From Oscillospiraceae bacterium (GTDB lineage Bacteria; Bacillota; Clostridia; Oscillospirales; Oscillospiraceae): DNA of 64,000 bases. Positions 46,326-54,264 of the stretch are shown one piece after another (within the stretch, counting starts at the first letter, position 1; every line of letters begins with the position of its first letter). Where the stretch lies: the NCBI GenBank assembly GCA_009780175.1, contig WRAO01000010.1, positions 18,585 to 82,584 of the forward strand. The letters are read 5' to 3'. The notes beneath the pieces are model-generated. The model saw only the letters and a program-made list of their open reading frames with translations. It was not told the DNA's origin and ran no database searches. Both the position numbers and the translations under genes were made by a program.

Positions 46326-46356
46326 CAAAGGGGCTACGCATACGGTAGCCCCTTTG
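46326..46356 (+). terminator. Hairpin terminator after int
   Basis: CAAAGGGGCTAC-gcatacg-GTAGCCCCTTTG. It is nearly the same hairpin as 47887-47917. Confidence 0.7.
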
Positions 46357-46380
46357 CGATGAACGGTGCAGATCAGCTGA

Positions 46381-46421
46381 TTGACTTTTTTGTTCGTATG
46401 TTTTATAATAAATACGAACAA
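46381..46421 (+). promoter_or_regulatory. abiE promoter with an overlapping inverted-repeat operator
   Basis: TTGACT, a 17-nt spacer, then TATAAT (46404-46409). The inverted repeat TTGTTCGTAT (46390-46399) / ATACGAACAA (46412-46421) brackets the -10. Confidence 0.6.
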
Positions 46422-46454
46422 AAAGGACATTATAGGCAAAGTGGAGGTGTCGGG

Positions 46455-47048
46455 ATGGACAACGCTGAAAAAGTCTTAGCACTCATGAAGCAAAATAATG
46501 GCTACCTCTCCTCAAAAGAAGCCAAGCAAAATGATATTGAGAACAAAGTCCTGCAACGTATGGCAGAGTGCGGGATTATTGAGCGTGTAGCACATGGACT
46601 ATATGCCGAGGCAGGTGTTTTCTCCGACTCTTTCTTTGTGGCACAACACCGCATGCCGAAAGGTATTTTCTCACACGAGACAGCTTTGTTTTTGCATGAC
46701 CTAAGTGACCGCGATCCACTTCGGCTAATGATGACGATTCCCGCTGGTTGGAATTCTAAGATTTTGACGGATGATATGATGCTTTTTTTCTACAACCGTC
46801 CAAAACGATTGACACTCGGGGCTTGCGAGATCAAAACACCATTCGGGATGCAAGTGAGGGCTTATGATGTTGAGCGAACGCTTTGCGACTGCCTAAAGCA
46901 TATTGACAAATTGGATCGCGACTTGGTTCTCACTGCGCTGAAGCGATACTTGAAAAGTGAGCAGCGTGACAATGCAAAGCTATTGGAATATGCGACCGCT
47001 CTCAAAATTCGTGATGAGGTCTATAGATACTTGGAGGTGCTGACATGA
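46455..47048 (+). CDS. abiEi: Type IV toxin-antitoxin system AbiEi-family antitoxin/transcriptional regulator
   Basis: ORF 46359..47048. The preferred start is ATG 46455 (GGAGGTG 5 nt upstream). It has an N-terminal winged HTH (GYLSSKEAKQNDI....LQRMAECGIIERVAHGLY). A 4-nt overlap couples it to the downstream nucleotidyltransferase. Confidence 0.8.
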   Translation: MDNAEKVLALMKQNNGYLSSKEAKQNDIENKVLQRMAECGIIERVAHGLYAEAGVFSDSFFVAQHRMPKGIFSHETALFLHDLSDRDPLRLMMTIPAGWNSKILTDDMMLFFYNRPKRLTLGACEIKTPFGMQVRAYDVERTLCDCLKHIDKLDRDLVLTALKRYLKSEQRDNAKLLEYATALKIRDEVYRYLEVLT

Positions 47049-47881
47049 GATTCACAAGCGCAACACAGTTAAAAGATTGGATCAAGAATAAGTCTAAGCA
47101 AACCGGAACGCCTTCCAACGCACTTTTGTATACCTACATGATGGAGCGCTTGCTTGAGCGTGTGTCCGTCTCGGCATACCGTGAAAATTTTATCCTCAAA
47201 GGCGGCTTTCTGATTGCGGCTATGGTGGGAATTGACCGCCGGAGCACGATGGACATGGACGCAACAGCGAAGGGGCTATCGGTCAGCCGTGAGACACTTA
47301 AAGAAATCATCGATGAAATTATTGCGATTGATGTTGAGGATGGTGTTACATTTGAGGTTGAGAACATCCAAAACATCCGAGAGGTTAGCGAGTACGATGA
47401 CTTTCGCATTTCACTCAAGGCATCCTTTCACACGATTTTTGTTAGGATGAAACTGGATATTACGACAGGCGACACGATTATTCCCGGGGAGATTGAGTAT
47501 TCCTATAAGCTGATGTTTGAGGATCGGACGATTCCGGTCATGGCGTACAACCTTTATACGATTCTGGCAGAGAAGATTGAGACGATTCTTTCTCGGAATG
47601 TGACTAATACCCGTGGGCGTGACTTTTATGATGCTTATATGCTATTGTCCGAAAACCGTGATGCCTTGTCTCGAACAGAGTTGCTCCATGCGCTTCGGGT
47701 CAAAGCGGAAGAGCGGGGCAGTGCTCACCACATAGCGCAATACGAAAAGCATTTGCAAGATATCAGCGCTAGCCCAGAAGTTGCGAAGATTTGGACAGCG
47801 TATACCAAGAGCTATGCTTATGCAAAGGGAATCGAGCTGGCAGATATTCTCCCGCTGATTTATTGGGTGTTCGAAGACTAA
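47045..47881 (+). CDS. abiEii: AbiEii/AbiGii-family nucleotidyltransferase toxin
   Basis: 278 aa. FILKGGFLI, RSTMDMD (NTase acidic motif) and RGRDFYD are typical of DUF1814/AbiEii. Confidence 0.82.
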   Translation: MRFTSATQLKDWIKNKSKQTGTPSNALLYTYMMERLLERVSVSAYRENFILKGGFLIAAMVGIDRRSTMDMDATAKGLSVSRETLKEIIDEIIAIDVEDGVTFEVENIQNIREVSEYDDFRISLKASFHTIFVRMKLDITTGDTIIPGEIEYSYKLMFEDRTIPVMAYNLYTILAEKIETILSRNVTNTRGRDFYDAYMLLSENRDALSRTELLHALRVKAEERGSAHHIAQYEKHLQDISASPEVAKIWTAYTKSYAYAKGIELADILPLIYWVFED

Positions 47882-47886
47882 AAGCG

Positions 47887-47917
47887 AAGGGGATACGCAT
47901 ACCGTATCCCCTTTGTT
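47887..47917 (+). terminator. Hairpin terminator after abiEii
   Basis: AAGGGGATACG-catac-CGTATCCCCTT followed by TGTTT. Confidence 0.7.
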
Positions 47918-48048
47918 TGGCCCTCGTACGAGAATTCAAGTTTTGACATTTTCGGAAGTGGCTGATGCGAAAAGCAGTATATGCGCTCATTATGCATAAG
48001 CGGCATCCGCATAACTATCCACCCTTTATCCACGTCCCAAGACCCCAT

Positions 48049-48072
48049 CCGTGTTCAAGAAATGTTCAAGAA
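48049..48072 (+). repeat. 24-nt direct repeat (right copy); candidate arm-type integrase site of island 1
   Basis: Identical to 36341-36364. An inverted partial copy (CTTGAACAT) lies at about 48083. Confidence 0.75.
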
Positions 48073-48197
48073 CCTCTTCAAAAATCGCCAAACTTGAACA
48101 TAAATCACAAGAAGTTACAAAAATTGAAACTCAAAAAATTCAGTAATACCAACAGTTACAGCAAATCACCAGAGGTTGCCAAAAGCAAATTTGAGCA

Positions 48198-48242
48198 CTC
48201 CAAAACCGCGTGCCGAGGGTTCGAATCCTTCTGCCCCTGCCA
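48198..48242 (+). repeat. Displaced copy of the tRNA-Trp 3' part (junction between island 1 and island 2)
   Basis: CTCCAAAACCGCGTGCCGAGGGTTCGAATCCTTCTGCCCCTGCCA compared with tRNA nt 36228-36273 shows 2 substitutions plus a 1-nt indel. It has no 5' half, so it is not a functional tRNA. Confidence 0.85.
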
Positions 48243-48295
48243 TCATCGAAAAAATCCTTGAGAAATCAAGGGTTTTTTCATTTCCAAAACCTGCC

Positions 48296-48316
48296 GTGTA
48301 CGAATTATGTACGAAT
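48296..48316 (+). repeat. Arm-type repeats (left end of element 2)
   Basis: GTGTACGAAT-ta-TGTACGAAT. The same decamer recurs three times at 55891-55937. Confidence 0.7.
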
Positions 48317-48397
48317 GATTTTAGCCGACCTTGCGTTGATTCCCCTCCAATACGCAAAAAATGACACCTACAAATCAATGTAGATGTCATCTTTTTC

Positions 48398-49585
48398 TTA
48401 CATGATTGAATCTAAAATTTCAACAGCACGTTCTTCTTCTCGAGGATATAAATGACTATATGTATTTAATGTTTCCTTTATGTTTGAATGTCCTAATCTT
48501 CTTGCGACCTCTTGAATAATGACTCTTTCGTTTGCTAACACGCTAACGTGCGAATGCCTGAACTCGTGAATCTTGATTTTATCTAATCCTGCTAACTCTG
48601 CAAACTGCTTATTTCTGCTTTGAATTGTGCCATCTCGTAAACTGCGACCATCTACACCACTACAAATAAAATCTTCTTCGCTGAATGTATGTAATCTCTG
48701 CTTGCGCTTTTTGTGTGCGTCTAAAATGCAAATCAACGCTTTAGGTAATTGAAGTGTTCGTTCTGATGATTCTGTTTTTGGTTTTGATTCTACATCTCCA
48801 CCTTTTAACTTTTGCATGATACTACGTTCCACATTCAAATACTCGCCATCAATATCTGACCACCTCAACCCATGACATTCACCTTTTCGCAATCCTGTTA
48901 AAAACAAAATACTGAAAAATACATAATACTCCCATTCACCTAAATGCTTATGCTTGATCTCGTGTTCTTCTGCGTGTTCTTTTGCTACGCTAATAAACTT
49001 CTTAAATTCCTCTGCTGTGTAAAATTTTGCTTTTGTTTTTCGATGATTTACGTCTTTGAATGTTCCTAATGTTATCAAATGATTTTTCTCAATGTATTCC
49101 ATTTTGACCGCATAATTCAACATCGCCCGAAACATACCATATGCGTGTTGCTTTGACTTCAATGACAACTTATTTTTACCCTTCATAGATGTTTTGCCCT
49201 GCATATATGTTTTCCAATCTTGAAGCATTTTCAATGTGATTTTGTCAATATATACACCTGCAAACATCTCTTTAATATGTAACCGATAATCACGACGATT
49301 TGTGTCTAATGTTGATTCTCTTGCTGAACCCTTTTTTGTCTCCATGTATTCATCATATAACTGCTGTACTGTCATCTTCCCTTGAACGTGTTCGCCCCTT
49401 TGAATCTGTTGCTCCATGTATCGCTCAACTGTCTTTGATTCTTCTGATCCGTATACTATTTGCGACAACTTTTTATGTTCGCCTGTGCTTTCACACGTGA
49501 AACTGACAAAAACCCTGTATTTTTGCAATCCGTCCTTATTTTTAACTAACTTACCGTTTTTATTTCTAACTTCATAACGTGGCAT
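48398..49585 (-). CDS. int: Tyrosine-type site-specific integrase
   Basis: 395 aa. LTGLRKGE (catalytic R), HEFRHSH and LGHSNIKETLNTYSHLY motifs. Confidence 0.9.
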   Translation of the reverse strand: MPRYEVRNKNGKLVKNKDGLQKYRVFVSFTCESTGEHKKLSQIVYGSEESKTVERYMEQQIQRGEHVQGKMTVQQLYDEYMETKKGSARESTLDTNRRDYRLHIKEMFAGVYIDKITLKMLQDWKTYMQGKTSMKGKNKLSLKSKQHAYGMFRAMLNYAVKMEYIEKNHLITLGTFKDVNHRKTKAKFYTAEEFKKFISVAKEHAEEHEIKHKHLGEWEYYVFFSILFLTGLRKGECHGLRWSDIDGEYLNVERSIMQKLKGGDVESKPKTESSERTLQLPKALICILDAHKKRKQRLHTFSEEDFICSGVDGRSLRDGTIQSRNKQFAELAGLDKIKIHEFRHSHVSVLANERVIIQEVARRLGHSNIKETLNTYSHLYPREEERAVEILDSIM

Positions 49586-49718
49586 ATCTTGTGTTATCCT
49601 TTCCGAAAATGCGGATATATTGTGCTTTTCGTAGATTGCATTGTAACATGAAACTTGAAAAAATGCAACGCTTTAATCAAATAAAGTAAATATATCCGCT
49701 TTTTCTAAATTTTATTTT

Positions 49719-50009
49719 TTATGACGTTAAACCTAACTGCTGCAATTTCATCAATCGTTTTTCTAAATCGCTAATATCTAACCCAAATACCTGATATGCG
49801 ATTTCTGTGTTTACTGTGTTTGCCCCGAATGAAAAAATTTCTTTTTGAAACATTTCATCCCTTACATATTTTTTAATCTTTGCCACTGTAGTGTGTGAAA
49901 TATCCCCGAAAAGTTCAGTAATTTGTTTATTTCCCAATTCAGGATATTGATAATAAATACGTATCGCATTTTCGATTGAAGAGATCTGTGGAATATTTAT
50001 TTTTCTCAA
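49719..50009 (-). CDS. Small HTH protein (possible excisionase/regulator)
   Basis: 96 aa. GNKQITELFGDISHTTVAKIKKYV looks like a helix-turn-helix. The call rests on its position next to int and is not family-assigned. Confidence 0.5.
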   Translation of the reverse strand: MRKINIPQISSIENAIRIYYQYPELGNKQITELFGDISHTTVAKIKKYVRDEMFQKEIFSFGANTVNTEIAYQVFGLDISDLEKRLMKLQQLGLTS

Positions 50010-50065
50010 AAACCATGCCTACTCCTTTCTACATACTCGATCCGCCCGAAACCGAATCTAAATAT

Positions 50066-50158
50066 ATTATCCCAACCAGTATTTGTGAACGCCGACATAA
50101 AAAATAATGATGAACTGCGACTGCAACCCACCATTATTATTACTGAATGACTTCTTGT
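50066..50158. repeat. 93-bp intergenic repeat, copy A (includes a minus-strand terminator)
   Basis: Near-identical to 51566-51658, exactly 1500 bp away. It contains AATAATGATGA...CACCATTATT, which on the minus strand is followed by a T-tract. Confidence 0.85.
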
Positions 50159-50171
50159 GTCTGTGTTGACC

Positions 50172-51227
50172 TTATGCGATCTCGTTCACATCTGACAACG
50201 CCCGAAAATATTTGTCTGACGCTAACACTTGATCGCCTGTCTGCTGTGATCCTGTTGTCTCGTATGTGTCAAATTTCAAAAAATCCGTGTACACCATTAT
50301 CTTATCAATACGCCTGCAAAATGCTTTCCACACTTCTGGCTTTTTCTTCTGTATTTCTAAATAATGTTGTTCCAACGGCAAATTTGAAATAACTACTAAT
50401 GTCGAATACGCACGTTTGCGATTATAATACCTCGCAGGTAATGTTACTGCGTTAAAACGATCTGCATATGCGTTCATTGACTTAATATTGATACTGCTGT
50501 CAAACTCATCCAATAACAATACCTCTTGTCCTGTATATGAATCGAAAACGCCGTTACCCTCATAATCCGTAATGTAACAAATATTTTCATCCCCGAACGT
50601 GTCAAACGCCCATGTCGATTTGCCGACATTTGTTGGACCGCTGATAAAAATAAATTCTGGTTTGCTTCGCTTGCCCTTAAATTGTCGTATCAAATACTCC
50701 TGTTTGTATCGCTCCAAATAATCCTCATATCGCCACAAATGTGAATACATTTCTATGATGTCAAAAACGTCATTTCCATCCCTGACCATTTCTTTTGCTA
50801 TATCAATATCTGTGCGCTTACCCTGATTATTTTTTTCCTGCGGCACTTCACCTTGTTCAAAAAATGTACCCCCAATCAATGTATGTGCTTTGTCTGCATT
50901 GCGTTCACCCATTTTGCCGATATACGCCCTGCAAAAATGCCCCAATGATTTTGCGAACCCGATATGCCATTCTGGAAATAATGACTTTACCCGACTAAAG
51001 CGCATTGCATTGTGTAACTCAAAATACAAATTTCGATGTGGTGTACCTTGATCGCCAATTTCGTCTGACAAACAATAATACTTGACTGCATTGCCCAATG
51101 ACTCCATCAACTTTTTACATTGTTCTTGCGACCAATCTTCCGTGTAATTATTGATGACCAAAAACCATCTGCGATGCCTTGTGTCCATCTTCATATCATA
51201 AACAATTTCTAACTCTAAATTTTTCAT
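50172..51227 (-). CDS. HUH-type Rep (Viral_Rep-like) fused to a P-loop SF3-type helicase; putative replication initiator/relaxase
   Basis: ORF 50172..51296. The likely start is ATG 51227. Motif I WFLVINNY, candidate motif II TPHRNLYF, motif III CRAYIGK (catalytic Tyr). Walker A GPTNVGKST, Walker B LLLDEF. Confidence 0.75.
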   Translation of the reverse strand: MKNLELEIVYDMKMDTRHRRWFLVINNYTEDWSQEQCKKLMESLGNAVKYYCLSDEIGDQGTPHRNLYFELHNAMRFSRVKSLFPEWHIGFAKSLGHFCRAYIGKMGERNADKAHTLIGGTFFEQGEVPQEKNNQGKRTDIDIAKEMVRDGNDVFDIIEMYSHLWRYEDYLERYKQEYLIRQFKGKRSKPEFIFISGPTNVGKSTWAFDTFGDENICYITDYEGNGVFDSYTGQEVLLLDEFDSSINIKSMNAYADRFNAVTLPARYYNRKRAYSTLVVISNLPLEQHYLEIQKKKPEVWKAFCRRIDKIMVYTDFLKFDTYETTGSQQTGDQVLASDKYFRALSDVNEIA

Positions 51228-51565
51228 AGTTCCTTTTTCCTTTGTTTTTATTATTATTTTTCCTCCAACCTCTGTTTTGTTGTTTTGTTTGGACACAAGC
51301 TGTCATTCACAATATTCACTTGTCAAGGTTCAATCGTTTCCATGAAGCAAACATGAAATTTAGTCGCCGCAGCGATCTTACTTATAATATCGTTTTTGAT
51401 TTTGCAATCCTGCTGACTTGTTTGCAAAACAACTGATATTGCTTATGGTTTGGCTTGACACATAACACAATATGTCGTTTGCAGTGCTAAAAAACTCCAT
51501 ATTGCGTTGCGTCTTTGCTAAACGCACGACGCAACGCTTTTGCTTTGAAAACTGCTTACATTCTT

Positions 51566-51658
51566 ATTATCCCAACCAGTATTTGTGAACGCCGACATAA
51601 AAAATAATGATGAGCTGCAACTGCAACCCACCATTATTATTACTGAATGACTTTCTGT
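51566..51658. repeat. 93-bp intergenic repeat, copy B
   Basis: See 50066-50158. Its right-hand extension (GTGTGTCACGTTCTACGACCGCCAGAATCGCTC) is in turn related to 52243-52292. Confidence 0.85.
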
Positions 51659-51771
51659 GACGTGTGTCACGTTCTACGACCGCCAGAATCGCTCTCAACC
51701 CAAAACATACAATCACATACATAATCAACTGGATGCGCTAGAACTGCAAAACTCGTTGTCTTGTGATACCA

Positions 51772-52149
51772 TTACCCATTTATCCATCTATAAATCAATG
51801 AATGTGCAACGCCCATTTTTTCCGCAATCGCCCGATATGTCAAACCCTGTGAATGTAATTCTATTGCTTTCGCTTTTTCCTTGTCTCGATCCTCTCGTTT
51901 CTTGCGTGTCTCTTGCTGTGCTGTGAACTCATAACCGCAAAACCTACACTTGTATATTTGCTCGTTATAATTGCGAACTCCCCAATATTTACAATCCTTA
52001 TCCTGTTCACATCGTTTACACGCCACATTTTGGCGCCGTTTTTTATGCTCTGCAAATGTTGTCGATGAATTACATCCACTGCATTCGTACTCTCCAACGC
52101 CTACCCGTGAAAACAATTCTCCACATCCGCATAACTTCAACGCCAACAC
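51772..52149 (-). CDS. Zinc-ribbon plus HTH DNA-binding protein
   Basis: 125 aa. Four CxxC pairs (CGCG, CSGC, CKRC, CRFC) followed by GLTYRAIAEKMGVAHSLIYRW, a resolvase/IS-type HTH. Confidence 0.6.
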   Translation of the reverse strand: MLALKLCGCGELFSRVGVGEYECSGCNSSTTFAEHKKRRQNVACKRCEQDKDCKYWGVRNYNEQIYKCRFCGYEFTAQQETRKKREDRDKEKAKAIELHSQGLTYRAIAEKMGVAHSLIYRWING

Positions 52150-52339
52150 CGCCTTTTGAAATTTTCTTCAATTATATCATTTTTTCTTTGCGTTCACAAA
52201 TACTGGTCTGTGTTCGACTATTATTACATAATAACTTCTTGTGGCGTGTGTCACATTCTACGATTGCAAGAATCGCTCCCAATGCTAACATGAAAACCCA
52301 ATGCACCCAAACCGAAACACGCTTAAACTGCAAATCTCG

Positions 52340-53107
52340 TCATGCTAATGCCGATCTGCAAACACCTTTCATCTTCTCCATGTTCGCAACTTCGCCCACC
52401 TTGATAAAATGCAACTCTGACCCTTGCAACAAACATGACCCAAAACCACGCCCAAAATCGCTTTGCTTGATTCTCTGTTTTACCTTGTCTATGTGATCGC
52501 TCATTAACATCTCATAAATCGACTTATTGAACGCTCCCAAAATCACAACCACGCCATAATTTAATCTTGCACCTTGCGGAAAAACAATTGCGTCTGCACG
52601 TTGACATGATACGATCAACCGCACACACATTGACCTACCCATCATTAAAATCTCGCTGACCTTTCTCATTGCGATCTCCGCTTTTTGTTTGCCCTCTTTG
52701 CCATCATTGTATAATGCTAAAATGTTCGCTACATATTCATCCCAAATTAACGTAACTTGATGCCTTGTTTTGTCCGCTCCTGAAATCCTTGCTTTCATAA
52801 TGTCATATACAATGTCCAATGCTTTCAATGTGTCCGTATATGAAAAATACCTTGCTTGATCTCTCAAATGTGCATACGAATCATCACGCTTGTAATCCGC
52901 AAAATAAAATACTGCTGCTCTATCTGCTTTTGCTAACCTTGCAAAAATCTGCGTTTGAAAATATGACTTGCCCGATCCACTCATTCCGCACAATAACATA
53001 TGACTGTTTGTGTCTGCTGATATGTCTGTGACAATCTTTTTCTTGATTTTGTAATCTTGCCATGCTCCCAAATCATACCCCAATGTAAAATCAAAATTCA
53101 TCATCAT
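52340..53107 (-). CDS. FtsK/SpoIIIE-like (TcpA/Orf21-like) DNA-translocase ATPase domain protein
   Basis: ORF 52340..53158. The probable start is ATG 53107 (AGGGGGG 4 nt upstream). Walker A GMSGSGKSY and Walker B-like VTLIWDEY. Confidence 0.75.
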   Translation of the reverse strand: MMMNFDFTLGYDLGAWQDYKIKKKIVTDISADTNSHMLLCGMSGSGKSYFQTQIFARLAKADRAAVFYFADYKRDDSYAHLRDQARYFSYTDTLKALDIVYDIMKARISGADKTRHQVTLIWDEYVANILALYNDGKEGKQKAEIAMRKVSEILMMGRSMCVRLIVSCQRADAIVFPQGARLNYGVVVILGAFNKSIYEMLMSDHIDKVKQRIKQSDFGRGFGSCLLQGSELHFIKVGEVANMEKMKGVCRSALA

Positions 53108-53582
53108 ATAACCCCCCTGAATCTGTACACGATCTGCCTTTTCTTGCGTCAAATACAATCACATCCCAATTCCCTTTGTAATAATCAATCTCACCAATGA
53201 TTGTATAATTTAATGCGCTCTGTACACATGATCGCTTGTTCTCCCAATCTTCTTTTGTAACACCAACCGATCTAAATTTCAATGTCACATAATCACCTAC
53301 CATGTTTCGCCTATATGAATCTAACTGCGTATGTGAAATATTGCCTAATTGCCTTTCTGCTTGCTCCATTTTTCGATTTATAATCATCTTTGCGAAATGA
53401 CTTGTTGCACACACAAATACAACCACCATCCATCCGCTGAATGATACAATCAATAAAACAAAATATCCTATCACGCTAAATACCGAATACCCTATATTTT
53501 CAAAATTGAAATACAATGCGATTATTGCCAATGCGTACACTATGACCGCAACCCACTTTATAATGATAATCTTCCTGTTCAT
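53091..53582 (-). CDS. Membrane protein (2-3 TM), probable N-terminal partner of the FtsK-like ATPase
   Basis: 163 aa. The hydrophobic N-terminal half is WVAVIVYALAIIALYF, VFSVIGYFVLLIVSF.GWMVVVFV. Its stop overlaps the ATPase start by 17 nt. Confidence 0.65.
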   Translation of the reverse strand: MNRKIIIIKWVAVIVYALAIIALYFNFENIGYSVFSVIGYFVLLIVSFSGWMVVVFVCATSHFAKMIINRKMEQAERQLGNISHTQLDSYRRNMVGDYVTLKFRSVGVTKEDWENKRSCVQSALNYTIIGEIDYYKGNWDVIVFDARKGRSCTDSGGLYDDEF

Positions 53583-53661
53583 CTGTCTATCTCCTTTGAC
53601 TTCATTTGTCGTGTAAATTTACAATGAGCGAGATACAAAAATCCCGCCCATCGCATTATCA

Positions 53662-53937
53662 TTATTTTTTGTCATCCAAATTTGGCATTCCGCCTGCTTT
53701 GTCATTTTGTTGTCGTACTGCTTGAACTTTGCCTTTGATGTTAAACTGTAAATTCAAAACATCGCCTTGTTTCAAATTTGCCGGCAACTGAATTTCCGGC
53801 CGCACAAAAATTTTGTCTGTCATTTTGCCTGTGACTGTATCATCATCGAATGAAACAAATAATTGTGTTCCTGTTACTCGTTCGCCATTGTCTGCCTTAA
53901 AATCTAACTGTCTGAATCCCTGTAAAATTACTTGCAT
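53662..53937 (-). CDS. Hypothetical small protein
   Basis: 91 aa with a beta-rich composition and a basic/acidic tail. No family assigned. Confidence 0.45.
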   Translation of the reverse strand: MQVILQGFRQLDFKADNGERVTGTQLFVSFDDDTVTGKMTDKIFVRPEIQLPANLKQGDVLNLQFNIKGKVQAVRQQNDKAGGMPNLDDKK

Positions 53938-54264
53938 TGCTCTTTCTCACTTTCAATAATTTATTTGTCCGCTTGTGATTCGTGCGAACATATAAATCAA
54001 TATCAAAGAACTGCAAATTTGCTAATCTTCTGCCCCATCATCTGACCACTTGCCAACCGAAACAATCATATGCAAACACCTTTTAAGGAACCTTTTGAAC
54101 GAATTATTTTTTATGTTCGTTTTAGAACGTCATAGATTGCGATTAGACAAATGATTGCCTTTGGGTGTGTGATTTGATGTGCGAACAATAAAAAAACGCA
54201 TAGACGTTAATCTATGCGTTCTCTGATGATTTCTATTATTACCTAATGACTTTCTGTGTCTGTG

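Larger units (their letters stand above)
36274..48242. mobile_element. Integrated genomic island 1 at tRNA-Trp (defence island / decayed mobilizable element)
   Basis: Bounded by tRNA-Trp and a 45-nt copy of its 3' part. GC is visibly lower than the flanks (spot counts about 45-50% against about 60%). It carries an integrase, an excisionase-like gene, mobC, a Bro-N gene, AbiE and a methylase-linked operon. Confidence 0.8.

Noticed and set aside
47965-48390. Small ORFs spanning the island junction (47965..48261, 48176..48364, 48166..48390).
   Set aside because: They read through the displaced tRNA-Trp fragment, the terminator hairpin and the arm-type repeats. They are non-coding att-region DNA.
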